Source: an uncultured Oscillospiraceae bacterium (GTDB taxonomy: Bacteria; Bacillota; Clostridia; Christensenellales; Aristaeellaceae). Taken from it: a stretch of DNA of 64,000 nt. Both the position numbers and the translations under genes were made by a program. Below are positions 35,196-46,566 of the stretch, one piece after another (the first letter of the stretch is position 1; each line of letters opens with the position of its first letter). The notes beneath the pieces were generated by a model. That model was not told where the DNA came from and did not search any database. It worked only from the letters and a program-made list of their open reading frames with translations. The DNA is taken from assembly GCA_964640955.1 (NCBI GenBank), contig CAZXJI010000005.1, positions 65,768-129,767 on the forward strand. The letters run 5' to 3'.

Positions 35196-37097
35196 CTAGG
35201 CCTCGGGAAGCCATACGCGCATCTCGTTGAGGCCCCGGTTGCTCCACGCGTAGTAGGGGATCAGGGTGATGGCGCAGGGTTCGGTTTCGGGGCGGCGATA
35301 GGTGTACAGCTCCCCGTCGTCCCGTACCCGGCGGCCTTTCACCGTAAGGAGCGTTATCCCGCCGAGGATATCGGAAGGCGCGGCGGCGACCTCCGCGTCC
35401 GGCTCCGCGAGCAGGTCGAGCACCCGGCCGCCGTTGTCCGCACCCTCGGCGCAGTAGACCAGCGGCCCGCGCGTAAAAGCGACTCTGTGGCTGTCCGCGC
35501 CGACGCGGGTGGAGGGGTACACGCGGCGCGGCGCCATGGAAAGGGTCGCGGTCACCTCGTCCCCGTCCGCGAACGGGCCGGGGAGATAGGCGTAGCCGTC
35601 GCGGTCCTCACGGGCGGCCGGCGCGCCGTTTCGCAGGATCTCGGTATGCTCGCTCCAGGCGGGCAGGCGAAGGGCGAACGCCCTGTCGATCGGCCCGTTC
35701 GGCGCTTCGAAGCGGAGGCGCAGCGTTCCTCCGGCGGGGTAATCGGTCGTGAGCGTAACCGACGCGCCGCCGTCCAGCATCAGCCGCCCGGCCGCGAACA
35801 GGTGCGCGTAAACGGTATCCGCATCCATCCCCCAGGCGTAGCGGCCCAGCGAGGTTAACAGCCGCGCCGCGTTGGGCGGGCAGCAGGCGCAGGTGAACCA
35901 CTTGGGGCGCTGGGGCAGGGCGTGGCGCAGGGGCGCCGCCTCGCCGGAGACGCCCGGCACGGCTTCGAGGGGATTAACGTAGAAGAAGCGTTTGCCATCC
36001 AGCTGGATGCCCGCTAGCACGCAGTTGTACAGCGCGCGTTCCATCACGTCGGCGTATTCGCCGCGCGCTTCCATCTCCAGCATCCGCCGCGCGAAAAAGA
36101 CGAGGCCCACCGCCGCGCAGGTCTCGGCGTAGGCGGTATCGTTGGGCAGATGGTAGTCCCTGGTGAACGCCTCGCCCTCGTAGGCCGAGCCGATGGCGCC
36201 CGTCACGTACATCCTGCGATGCGCGATGCTGTTAAAAAGCGCCCGGCAGGACGCCTTGAGCGATTCGTCGCCGGTTTCCAGCGCCACGTCCGCCATGCCG
36301 GAATACAGGTACACCGCGCGCACCGCGTGGCCCACGGCGTCGCGCTGCTCGCGCACGGGCAGGTGGGTCTGCGCGTATTCGCGGTGGGTGGGGTCCGTGT
36401 TCCACACGCTCCAGGGCGCCAGCTCCCGCTCGTGCACGAAAAAATCCGAACCGCGCCGGTCGACGAAGCGCTTCGCCAACAGATAATAGTCCTTTTCCCC
36501 CGTCAGGCGGTAGAGACGCATCAGCGCCAGCTCCACCTCGGGATGGCCGGGGAAGCCGTCGCGGTCCTCGGTGATGAAATGGCGCACCATATGGTCGGCC
36601 ATTCGTCGCATTACGTTCAGCAGTTCGGTTTTGCCCGTGCATTCGGCGAAAGCCACGGCCGCTTCGATCATATGCCCGGCGCAGTACAGCTCGTGCGCCT
36701 CCTCCAGGTTCGTCCAGCGCTTGCCGGGATCCTTGACGGTGAAGTAGGTGTTCAGGTAACCGTCCGGGTGCTGCGCCCGCCCGATGAGGACGACGGCTTC
36801 GTCCACGCGCCTGTCCAGTCGGGCATCCGGCCGGATACGCAGGGAGTAGGCGGCGGCTTCCAGCCACTTGGCCACGTCGCTGTCCTGGAACACCATGCCG
36901 TAAAAGGTACCCTCGCAGCTTCCGGTGGCCAGCTTCTGCGCGGCCATCTGGAAGTTTTCAAACGCGTGGCTCTTGTCCGCACCTTCGACCCTGTCCCACA
37001 GGATCGCTTCCTGGTAGGGGATCACCTCGCGGATCACGAGATCCTCATAGCGGTTCATAAAGCCGGGGAGGGAGGTAAAGCGGTTCAGCGTATCCAT
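35196..37097 (-). CDS. GH127 beta-L-arabinofuranosidase (DUF1680/HypBA1-like)
   Basis: Internal ATG after AAGGAG (MDTLNRFTSLPG...). HELYCAGHMIEAAVA. Cys-rich Zn/catalytic motif FTCACCPPNAARLL, characteristic of GH127. Confidence 0.85.
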   Translation of the reverse strand: MDTLNRFTSLPGFMNRYEDLVIREVIPYQEAILWDRVEGADKSHAFENFQMAAQKLATGSCEGTFYGMVFQDSDVAKWLEAAAYSLRIRPDARLDRRVDEAVVLIGRAQHPDGYLNTYFTVKDPGKRWTNLEEAHELYCAGHMIEAAVAFAECTGKTELLNVMRRMADHMVRHFITEDRDGFPGHPEVELALMRLYRLTGEKDYYLLAKRFVDRRGSDFFVHERELAPWSVWNTDPTHREYAQTHLPVREQRDAVGHAVRAVYLYSGMADVALETGDESLKASCRALFNSIAHRRMYVTGAIGSAYEGEAFTRDYHLPNDTAYAETCAAVGLVFFARRMLEMEARGEYADVMERALYNCVLAGIQLDGKRFFYVNPLEAVPGVSGEAAPLRHALPQRPKWFTCACCPPNAARLLTSLGRYAWGMDADTVYAHLFAAGRLMLDGGASVTLTTDYPAGGTLRLRFEAPNGPIDRAFALRLPAWSEHTEILRNGAPAAREDRDGYAYLPGPFADGDEVTATLSMAPRRVYPSTRVGADSHRVAFTRGPLVYCAEGADNGGRVLDLLAEPDAEVAAAPSDILGGITLLTVKGRRVRDDGELYTYRRPETEPCAITLIPYYAWSNRGLNEMRVWLPEA

Positions 37098-37162
37098 CCG
37101 AAGTGCTCCTTCTGCTTGTTCATCATGCGGTCGTCGGCCCGCTTTCCGCGGCGCGGCGGCGT

Positions 37163-38179
37163 TTATGCCCGGTCGGGCAGGCGGCAGCTGCCGCGGCACA
37201 CCAGCCGCACCGGGAACACGACCTCCCGCGGGGGCGAATCGTCCCCCAGAATACGGCGGTTCAACAGTGCGAAGGCCTCCCGCGCCAGCTCCCGCATGTT
37301 TCCGTCGATGGTGCAAAGCGGAGAGGGAAAGCCGATGACGCCCTGAATATTATCAAACCCCACCAGGCCGAAATCGCCCTGCAGGCTGCGGGAACGAATG
37401 TATTCGTACAGTTGCCACGCCTCGATATCGCAGAAAACGAAAAGCCCGGTCACGCCCTCGTCCTTCCAGCGAACCAGCTGCCCGGTGGTTTCGGCGGGTG
37501 TTCCGCTCTGGAAAAAGCGTACGTCCGCCTCGGGAATGCCCGCCTCCCGCGCGGCGCGCAGAAACCCGTGGATGCGCCGCTCGCTGCTGTAGCTGACCTC
37601 GAAGGCGTATACGAAGGCCAGCTTGCGGTGACCCGCCTCAAGGAGGTGCCGGCCGGCCAGATAGCCGCCGGTCTCCTCGTCGCAGACGACGTAATCGCAG
37701 GCCGGGTTTTCCATGTGGCGGCTCACCAGCACGAGGGGGATGCCGGCCTGCCTGAGCAGCGCGACGTTATCCTCGTCGTGGGGGCTGGGGAACAGCAATA
37801 CGCCGTCCACCTGGCGGCCGATGGCGGTGATGATCGCCTGGCGCTCCTGGGCGGCCTTATCGCGCGAACATAAAACAAGCACGGTATAGCCGTTCTCTTC
37901 GGCGATATCGTGTATGGTGTCGATCATGATGGCGTAAAAGGGATTGGAGGCCGCGCCGACGATCACCGCCAGGGTGCGGGAACGCCCCGAACGCAGGGAG
38001 CTGGCAATGTTGTTGCGCACGTAGCCCATTTCGTCGGCGACCTTCTGGATGTAGGCGCACGTGCTTTTGGCGATGTCGGGTTTGTTCTGGAGGGCTCTGG
38101 AAACGGTGTTGACGGTGTAGCCCGTCGCGGCCGCGATATCCTGCAACAGCACGCGTTTCGGCCCTGCCTGACGCCCCAT
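37163..38179 (-). CDS. LacI-family transcriptional regulator
   Basis: HTH region LQDIAAATGYTVNTVSRALQNKPDIAKSTCAYIQKVADEMGY plus a periplasmic-binding-protein-like core. Start at ATG 38179, 6 nt after GAGGG. An ATG at 38185 is also in frame. Confidence 0.88.
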   Translation of the reverse strand: MGRQAGPKRVLLQDIAAATGYTVNTVSRALQNKPDIAKSTCAYIQKVADEMGYVRNNIASSLRSGRSRTLAVIVGAASNPFYAIMIDTIHDIAEENGYTVLVLCSRDKAAQERQAIITAIGRQVDGVLLFPSPHDEDNVALLRQAGIPLVLVSRHMENPACDYVVCDEETGGYLAGRHLLEAGHRKLAFVYAFEVSYSSERRIHGFLRAAREAGIPEADVRFFQSGTPAETTGQLVRWKDEGVTGLFVFCDIEAWQLYEYIRSRSLQGDFGLVGFDNIQGVIGFPSPLCTIDGNMRELAREAFALLNRRILGDDSPPREVVFPVRLVCRGSCRLPDRA

Positions 38180-38207
38180 AGGCATCCCTCGTTCCGAGTT
38201 TTTTCCA

Positions 38208-38236
38208 AGTCTACCATATGTTCGGACATTTGTCAA
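38208..38236 (-). promoter_or_regulatory. candidate promoter of the LacI gene
   Basis: Minus strand TTGACA-17 nt-TAGACT, divergent from the ABC operon promoter. Confidence 0.45.
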
Positions 38237-38243
38237 TTTAGTG

Positions 38244-38272
38244 TTGACAAATCCGACAGGATGTGGTATATT
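38244..38272 (+). promoter_or_regulatory. SigA-type promoter of the arabino-oligosaccharide ABC operon
   Basis: TTGACA (38244-38249), 17 nt, TATATT (38267-38272). Confidence 0.65.
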
Positions 38273-38285
38273 TCTATTTAGAGAA

Positions 38286-38303
38286 TACATTAACGTTAAT
38301 GTA
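38286..38303. promoter_or_regulatory. 18-bp perfect palindrome, probable LacI-family operator
   Basis: TACATTAACGTTAATGTA with a central CG, 14 nt downstream of the -10 box. Confidence 0.65.
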
Positions 38304-38428
38304 ACGACCACGACATGGGGAGATGTGCGTAGGTTCTCTTGTCAACGAATAATTTGTACGTACAAAATCTCCATTTATATCCGTACCTGAGGCGCACGTG
38401 CGCTTCCAATATAGAAGGAGGGAAATCC

Positions 38429-39727
38429 ATGAAAAAGTTTCTCGCTCTGGTACTGGCCGTGTGCATGCTGCTCGGATTGATGAGCTTCGCTTCGGCCGAG
38501 GCAACCCCCACCAAGCTGACGCTGTGGACGTTCATCAGCCAACATGACGCCTACTATTACAGCCTGGCCGATTCCTGGAACGCCGAACATCCCGACCAGC
38601 AGATCGACCTTGAGTGCGTGACGCTGGGCTACGACGAAATGCACAACAAACTGAAGGTCGCGCTGCAGTCCGGCGAGGGCGCGCCCGACATCTGCGACGT
38701 GGAAGTCGGCCAGTTCCCCAACATCCTGGCTTACAGCGATCATCTGGTCGAGCTGGAAAGCTACATGGGTGACTACATGAGCGAACTGGTGAAGTCCCGC
38801 CTGGATCTCTATTCCAAAGGCGGCCACCTCTACGGCATCCCCTACCACATCGGCGCGACCGTGACGTTCTACAACGTGCCCATGCTGGAGGCCGCCGGCA
38901 TCGACTACACCACCATCAAGACCTGGGACGACTGGTACAACGCCGGCCTGAAGCTGAAGGAAAGCAATCCCGACGTGTACATGGGCAATGTGGAAACCAG
39001 CACCCAGTGGCAGACCGCTCTGATGATCACCCAGCAGGGCGTCGACTTCGTGGACAATACCGACGAGGACAACCCCGTGGCTACCATCAACACGCCCGAA
39101 ATGCTCAAGGCCGTTGAGACCCAGCAGAGCTGGCTCAACGCCGGGATCGCCATGGTTTGCCCGGGCGGCCAGGTGGATACCGAAGAAGGCAAGGCTTGGC
39201 TGGCCACCAACGTGTGCGCCTCCGTCACCATGCCGCTGTGGTACATGAGCCGCTTCACCGATGAGATCGGCGACGCCTGCAAGGGCATCTACGCCATCTC
39301 CACCTGCCCCGTGTTCGAAGAGGGCCAGAGCCAGTCCGTGGGTCTGGGCGGCACCGGCACCGTGGTCGTGAAGGACAACGAGAATTACGACCTCGCCGCG
39401 CAGTTCGACGTGTACGCCAAGGCCACCAAGGCCGCCGCGGAGAAGATCTGGAGCGAGCTGGGCTTCGATCCCTGCAACATGGAAGTGTGGACCGATACGG
39501 CCGTCACGCACGATCCGACCAACAAGTTCAACCAGTACTTCCTGACCAACGCCTTCGACACGCTGCTGGCGATCAACGAAATCAAGGGCGTTGCCTCCAC
39601 CTCCATCAGCCCGACCATCAACACCTATCTGGACACCACGCTTTGGAACGAAGTGTACGTGGACGGCGCGGATGCCGCCACCGCTTTGGAAGAGGCGCAG
39701 ACCGCCATCGAGGACGAACTGTTCTAA
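38429..39727 (+). CDS. extracellular sugar-binding protein (family 1 SBP)
   Basis: GAAGGAGGG RBS. Signal peptide MKKFLALVLAVCMLLGLMSFASA|EA. About 430 aa, typical of a carbohydrate SBP. Confidence 0.85.
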   Translation: MKKFLALVLAVCMLLGLMSFASAEATPTKLTLWTFISQHDAYYYSLADSWNAEHPDQQIDLECVTLGYDEMHNKLKVALQSGEGAPDICDVEVGQFPNILAYSDHLVELESYMGDYMSELVKSRLDLYSKGGHLYGIPYHIGATVTFYNVPMLEAAGIDYTTIKTWDDWYNAGLKLKESNPDVYMGNVETSTQWQTALMITQQGVDFVDNTDEDNPVATINTPEMLKAVETQQSWLNAGIAMVCPGGQVDTEEGKAWLATNVCASVTMPLWYMSRFTDEIGDACKGIYAISTCPVFEEGQSQSVGLGGTGTVVVKDNENYDLAAQFDVYAKATKAAAEKIWSELGFDPCNMEVWTDTAVTHDPTNKFNQYFLTNAFDTLLAINEIKGVASTSISPTINTYLDTTLWNEVYVDGADAATALEEAQTAIEDELF

Positions 39728-39745
39728 CCTGACCTCCCCTGTACG

Positions 39746-39775
39746 GACCGGGAAGAGGGCGACCTCTTCCCGGTC
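39746..39775 (+). other. 13-bp stem-loop after the SBP gene
   Basis: GACCGGGAAGAGG-GCGA-CCTCTTCCCGGTC, no U-tract. Confidence 0.55.
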
Positions 39776-39795
39776 GATTCCAAAGATTGCGGGTG

Positions 39796-40998
39796 ATGTT
39801 CATGAGCTCGGCATCCATGGTACTTAGGGAACGGACCCGGCAGCGCAAAACCCTCTTTTTGTTCGTCGTCGGGGCGCTGATCCTGCTGGTCGGCGTCGCT
39901 GCGTTCCTGAGCCTGGGCGGCAAGGGCACGAAGTTCGACGCCGCTTACGACGCGAACGGGGACGTTGGCGCCTTTCTGTTCGGAAGCCTTGGGGAAGGGC
40001 AGAGCTTTTCACCGCTGCAGGCCTTCTGGCTGTTTATGGCGCGCACGCGCAACGCGTGGATGCTGGGCGGACTTATACTGATCCTTCTGTACGTGCTCGT
40101 CAACCGCTCGCTGCTCTATTCCAAGTCGATCGCGCCCTACGTGTTCGTGCTTCCCTTCATCCTGACGTTCGTTATCTTCTTTATCTATCCGCTCGTCTCC
40201 ACGACCGTGATGAGCTTCCAGTCCATCAAGTCCAGCTCGTCGGAATGGATCGGGCTTAAAAACTACAACGATCTTTTCAACAACAAAACGTTCTACACCG
40301 CGGTCACCAACTCCCTGAGGTACACGGTGATCACCTGCGCGCTGCTGATACCGTTTCCGTTGTTGTTCGCCTATATGCTCAACGCCAAATCCATGAAGCT
40401 CGGGGGCATGTTCAAGGCCATTCTGTTCGTGCCGGTCCTGAGCTCCGTGGTGGTGGCCGGTATTATTTTCCGCATGATGTTCAGCGAGCTGGACGGCGCG
40501 CTGATGAACCAGGTGCGGGGCCTCTTCGGGCTTTCGCCCATCATCTGGCTCAAGGGCGAATGGACGGCCATGTTCGCCATGGTGCTGTTGTGCTGCTGGC
40601 GCTGGACGGGTATGAACATCCTCTACTACATGGCGGGGCTCAAGTCCATCCCCAACGACCTGTACGAGGCCGCGGATATCGACGGCGCCAACGCCGTGCA
40701 GAAGTTCTGGCACATCGGCTGGCCGCTGCTCAAGCCCACGACCATCTACGTGCTGACCATTTCCATCTACGCGGGCCTTGCGATGTTCACCGAAAGCTAC
40801 ATGATTTTCGGCAACAACTCCTCGCCCAAGAACTACGGCCTGACGATCGTCGGCTATCTGTACCGCTACGGCTTTGAAAAGGTCGACAAGTTCGGCTTCG
40901 CCTCCGCGGTCGGCCTGGTGCTGCTGCTGGGCGCGATGATCATCAACCTCCTGCAGCTGCGCATCACCGGCGTGATCGGCAAAAGGAAGGGGGAATAA
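39796..40998 (+). CDS. sugar ABC transporter permease (MalF/UgpA type) with about 100-aa N-terminal extension
   Basis: Core from about YVFVLPFILTFVIFFIYPLVST onward is a typical CUT1 permease; EAA loop AADIDGANAVQKFWHIGWPLL. Start uncertain (TTG 39787, ATG 39796 or 39802). Confidence 0.8.
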   Translation: MFMSSASMVLRERTRQRKTLFLFVVGALILLVGVAAFLSLGGKGTKFDAAYDANGDVGAFLFGSLGEGQSFSPLQAFWLFMARTRNAWMLGGLILILLYVLVNRSLLYSKSIAPYVFVLPFILTFVIFFIYPLVSTTVMSFQSIKSSSSEWIGLKNYNDLFNNKTFYTAVTNSLRYTVITCALLIPFPLLFAYMLNAKSMKLGGMFKAILFVPVLSSVVVAGIIFRMMFSELDGALMNQVRGLFGLSPIIWLKGEWTAMFAMVLLCCWRWTGMNILYYMAGLKSIPNDLYEAADIDGANAVQKFWHIGWPLLKPTTIYVLTISIYAGLAMFTESYMIFGNNSSPKNYGLTIVGYLYRYGFEKVDKFGFASAVGLVLLLGAMIINLLQLRITGVIGKRKGE

Positions 40999-41000
40999 TC

Positions 41001-43440
<2,440 letters not shown>

Positions 43441-43461
43441 ACGAAAGTTTTACTTTTCACC

Positions 43462-43499
43462 GCAAAGCCCGTCGCGAAACGAAAAGCGGCGGGCTTTGC
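43462..43499 (+). terminator. hairpin after abfA
   Basis: GCAAAGCCCGTCGC-10 nt-GCGGCGGGCTTTGC, a 14-bp stem with one G-U pair and no U-tract. Confidence 0.45.
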
Positions 43500-43658
43500 C
43501 GCCTCTGCGCGCGGACGGGCGCGGCCGCACGGAAAACGCCGGTGCATTTTTCCGGCGGATGCGGTATACTGGTAGCGTTCCCCGTCCGGCAAGACGGCCG
43601 GGGGGACGAAGCGACGCCGGACGCGCGAGCGCGCCCGCCGCAAAAGGAGTTAGAAAAC

Positions 43659-44018
43659 ATGATGGATAACGCTGCCGTGCGAGCGGCGACGGAACAGCTG
43701 GCCGCGGCGATCCGCGCAAGCGACGAGTACCGGCAATACAAGACGCTGCGGGACGCGGTGATGGAAAACGAAACCAACCGCACGCTGCTCAAGGAGTACC
43801 AGCGCACCCAAACCCGGCTGCAGATGGCCGCCGTGGCGGGCAGCGACGCCAGCGCGGACGACGTGGAACGGTTTAACAGGCTCAGCGCGTTATTGTATAT
43901 GAACGCCGACGTGGCGCAGTACCTGATGGCCCAGATGCGCCTGCAGCAGCTGACGGGCGAGGTGTTCCAAAGCGTGGCGCACGCGGCGGAGCTGGAAATG
44001 GATTTGCCCGGCATGTGA
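43659..44018 (+). CDS. YlbF/YmcA-family regulatory protein
   Basis: Only the last 119 codons of ORF 42597..44018 are taken. ATG follows AAAGGAG. ...IRASDEYRQYKTLRDAVMENE...LLKEYQ... is the YlbF-type helical pattern. Confidence 0.7.
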   Translation: MMDNAAVRAATEQLAAAIRASDEYRQYKTLRDAVMENETNRTLLKEYQRTQTRLQMAAVAGSDASADDVERFNRLSALLYMNADVAQYLMAQMRLQQLTGEVFQSVAHAAELEMDLPGM

Positions 44019-44052
44019 CGCCGGCGCGAAGGAGATTACGGGAGGCGGAACG

Positions 44053-45237
44053 ATGGCCGGGCGGAACGTGCATTACGACCACGAATCGTTGCGAGACGAG
44101 CGGCAGTACGGTTTTTACTGGTACAGCGGCCTTTGGCGCATCCTCAGGCCGGTATTGGTGCTGCTGACCGCGCTGGTGCTGCTGTTCGGGCTGGGAACGA
44201 CCGTATACAACGCGATCGACGAGAATTACCTAAGCGCCGTTGACCCGAACGACCAGACGGAAATCCCCTTCAGCGTCGCGAGCGGCCAGAGCCTGACGCG
44301 CGTGTCCAACAACCTGGAGGAGCAGGGCATCATCCGCAACCGTTCGGTGTTCAAGTATTACTGCGATTTTGCCGGCATGGGGCAAAAGATTCAGGCGGGC
44401 GACTACCAGCTGACCAAGAGCATGGACATCTTCCAGATCGCGAGCCTTTTGACCAGCGGCGACGGCAAGCCCATCACCATGAACATCACCGTGATCCCCG
44501 GCTGGACGGTGGAGGACGTGGCGGCTTATCTGGTGGAGCAGGGCGTGTTCAAGGATTCCAGCGAGTTTTTGCAGCTCTGCCGCACCGGCGAGGGCCTGAC
44601 CGGGTATTACTTCATTCAGGACGAGCTGACCACCGACCGCGTGAGCGAGCGCAAATACCTGCTGGAGGGCTACCTGGCCCCCAACACCTACGAAATCTAC
44701 ACCAGCGCCTCGGCCGCCGATATCCTGGGCAAGCTCCTGAGCCAGACCGACGTGGTGCTGACCTACGCCTGGCAGGAGCGGGCCGGCGACATCGGCATGA
44801 CGATGGATCAGGTGCTGGCGCTGGCGTCCCTGATTGAAAAAGAGGCCAAAACCGCCGATTTCGCCAAGGTATCGGCCGTATTCCACAACCGCCTCAAGGC
44901 GGGCATGGCGCTGGGCAGCGACGTGACCATCCACTACATTACGGGCGAAAGGCGCATGTCACTTCGCGACAGCGACCTGGCGATCGATTCGCCCTACAAC
45001 ACCTACCTTTATAAGGGGCTGCCGCTGGGGCCCATCTGCAACCCGTCGCCCAACGCCATCGAGGCGGCGCTCTACCCGGACGAAAGCTTCGTGGCCGAGA
45101 ATTACCTCTACTTCTGCAGCAAAGACCCCAATACCGGCGAATTGGCGTTCAGCAAGACCCTGGAGGAGCACAACGCCGCCGTGGCGATCTACGCGCCGCT
45201 GTGGAAGCAGTTCGACGAGGAGCGCGGCCTGCAATGA
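44053..45237 (+). CDS. mltG: endolytic murein transglycosylase MltG (YceG-like)
   Basis: N-terminal TM segment, LysM-like segment and catalytic region SLIEKEA...SPYNTYLYKGLPLGPICNPS. Confidence 0.88.
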   Translation: MAGRNVHYDHESLRDERQYGFYWYSGLWRILRPVLVLLTALVLLFGLGTTVYNAIDENYLSAVDPNDQTEIPFSVASGQSLTRVSNNLEEQGIIRNRSVFKYYCDFAGMGQKIQAGDYQLTKSMDIFQIASLLTSGDGKPITMNITVIPGWTVEDVAAYLVEQGVFKDSSEFLQLCRTGEGLTGYYFIQDELTTDRVSERKYLLEGYLAPNTYEIYTSASAADILGKLLSQTDVVLTYAWQERAGDIGMTMDQVLALASLIEKEAKTADFAKVSAVFHNRLKAGMALGSDVTIHYITGERRMSLRDSDLAIDSPYNTYLYKGLPLGPICNPSPNAIEAALYPDESFVAENYLYFCSKDPNTGELAFSKTLEEHNAAVAIYAPLWKQFDEERGLQ

Positions 45238-46493
45238 CGCAGCCGGTCAAAAAGCGCATGCCGGAACTGCTGGCGCCCGCGGGGGGCCCGGAGCAGCTTT
45301 CGGCCGCGTTGCGCTACGGCGCGGACGCGGTGTACGGCGGCCTGCCGGCGTACGGGCTGCGCGCCGCCGCGGCCAACTTTACGCCGGAAACGCTGCCCGC
45401 GGCGGTCGCGGAAACGCACCGGCAGGGCGGACGATTCTACGTCACCCTCAACCTGCTGCCCTTCGACCGCGACATGGAAGGCTTCGCGTGGGCGGCCCTG
45501 CAGGCGGCGGAGGCGGGCGCGGACGCACTGATCGTAAGCGACCTGGGCGCGGCGCTTCTGGTGCGCGAGGCGTTGCCGGGGATGGAAATGCACATCAGCA
45601 CCCAGGCGAACGTACTCAACGCCCGAACGGCGCGCCATTATTACGAGGCAATCGGCGCAAAGCGCATCGTGCTTTCGCGGGAAATGAGCCTTGAGGACAT
45701 CCGGACCATGCGCGCGCGCCTGCCCGGGGAGCTGGAACTGGAGGCGTTCGTGCACGGCGCGATGTGCGTGGCCTACAGCGGCCGCTGCCTGCTCAGCGCG
45801 GCGCTCACCGGCCGCAGCGGCAACCGGGGCGAATGCGCCCAGCCCTGCCGCTGGCATTACCGCGTGCAGGAAGAGAAGCGCCCCGGCCAATGGCTGCCCG
45901 TTACGGCGGAGGAGCGGGGCACGGCGCTGTTTTCGGCGTACGACCTGTGCATGCTGCCTCATTTGCCGGCGCTGCTTGCCGCGGGGGTTTCGAGTTTGAA
46001 GATTGAAGGCCGCATGAAAACGGCCTACTACGTGGCAACGGTCGTGTCGGCCTACCGCCACGCGCTGGATACGCTGCTTTCGCAGGGCGAGGCCGCCTTT
46101 GAGGCGCGCGTGCCGGAATGGACGGCGGAGCTTGCCAAGGCCAGCCACCGCGCGTCCGACACCGGCTTTTATTTCGGCCCGCCCACGCCGCCCGCGGGTG
46201 CGGAAGGTTTTACGCAGACTATGGAATACGTGGGCAGGGTAACGAAGGGCGCAGCCACGGGCGAGCCCGCCGAGGTGGAGCTCAAGAACCGCTTCTATGT
46301 GGGCGATACGCTGGAGACGCTCACGCCGACGGGCAGCAAAGCCTTTACGGTGGAGGGCATCACGCTTGCGGATACGGGCGAGACGGTCGATACCGCAAGC
46401 GTCGCGGGCACGCGGCTGCTGCTCCGGTTTCCGTTCGCCGTCGAGGCGGGCGACCTGCTGCGCGGGCCGAACCGGAACCACAACGGGGGATGA
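45234..46493 (+). CDS. peptidase U32 family protein
   Basis: ATGA overlap with the mltG stop. ELLAPAGG N-terminus and U32 signature EAFVHGAMCVAYSGRCLLS. Confidence 0.88.
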   Translation: MTQPVKKRMPELLAPAGGPEQLSAALRYGADAVYGGLPAYGLRAAAANFTPETLPAAVAETHRQGGRFYVTLNLLPFDRDMEGFAWAALQAAEAGADALIVSDLGAALLVREALPGMEMHISTQANVLNARTARHYYEAIGAKRIVLSREMSLEDIRTMRARLPGELELEAFVHGAMCVAYSGRCLLSAALTGRSGNRGECAQPCRWHYRVQEEKRPGQWLPVTAEERGTALFSAYDLCMLPHLPALLAAGVSSLKIEGRMKTAYYVATVVSAYRHALDTLLSQGEAAFEARVPEWTAELAKASHRASDTGFYFGPPTPPAGAEGFTQTMEYVGRVTKGAATGEPAEVELKNRFYVGDTLETLTPTGSKAFTVEGITLADTGETVDTASVAGTRLLLRFPFAVEAGDLLRGPNRNHNGG

Positions 46494-46503
46494 AAAACCA
46501 CCT

Positions 46504-46535
46504 GCGGGCGGCCGCCCGCAGGTGGTTGGGTGTTT
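46504..46535. terminator. bidirectional terminator palindrome
   Basis: AACCACCTGCGGGCGG/CCGCCCGCAGGTGGTT, a 32-nt perfect palindrome between the convergent U32 and pyrG genes. Confidence 0.65.
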
Positions 46536-46566
46536 ATAACGAGAAAATCGGTATTCAATAAGTCCT

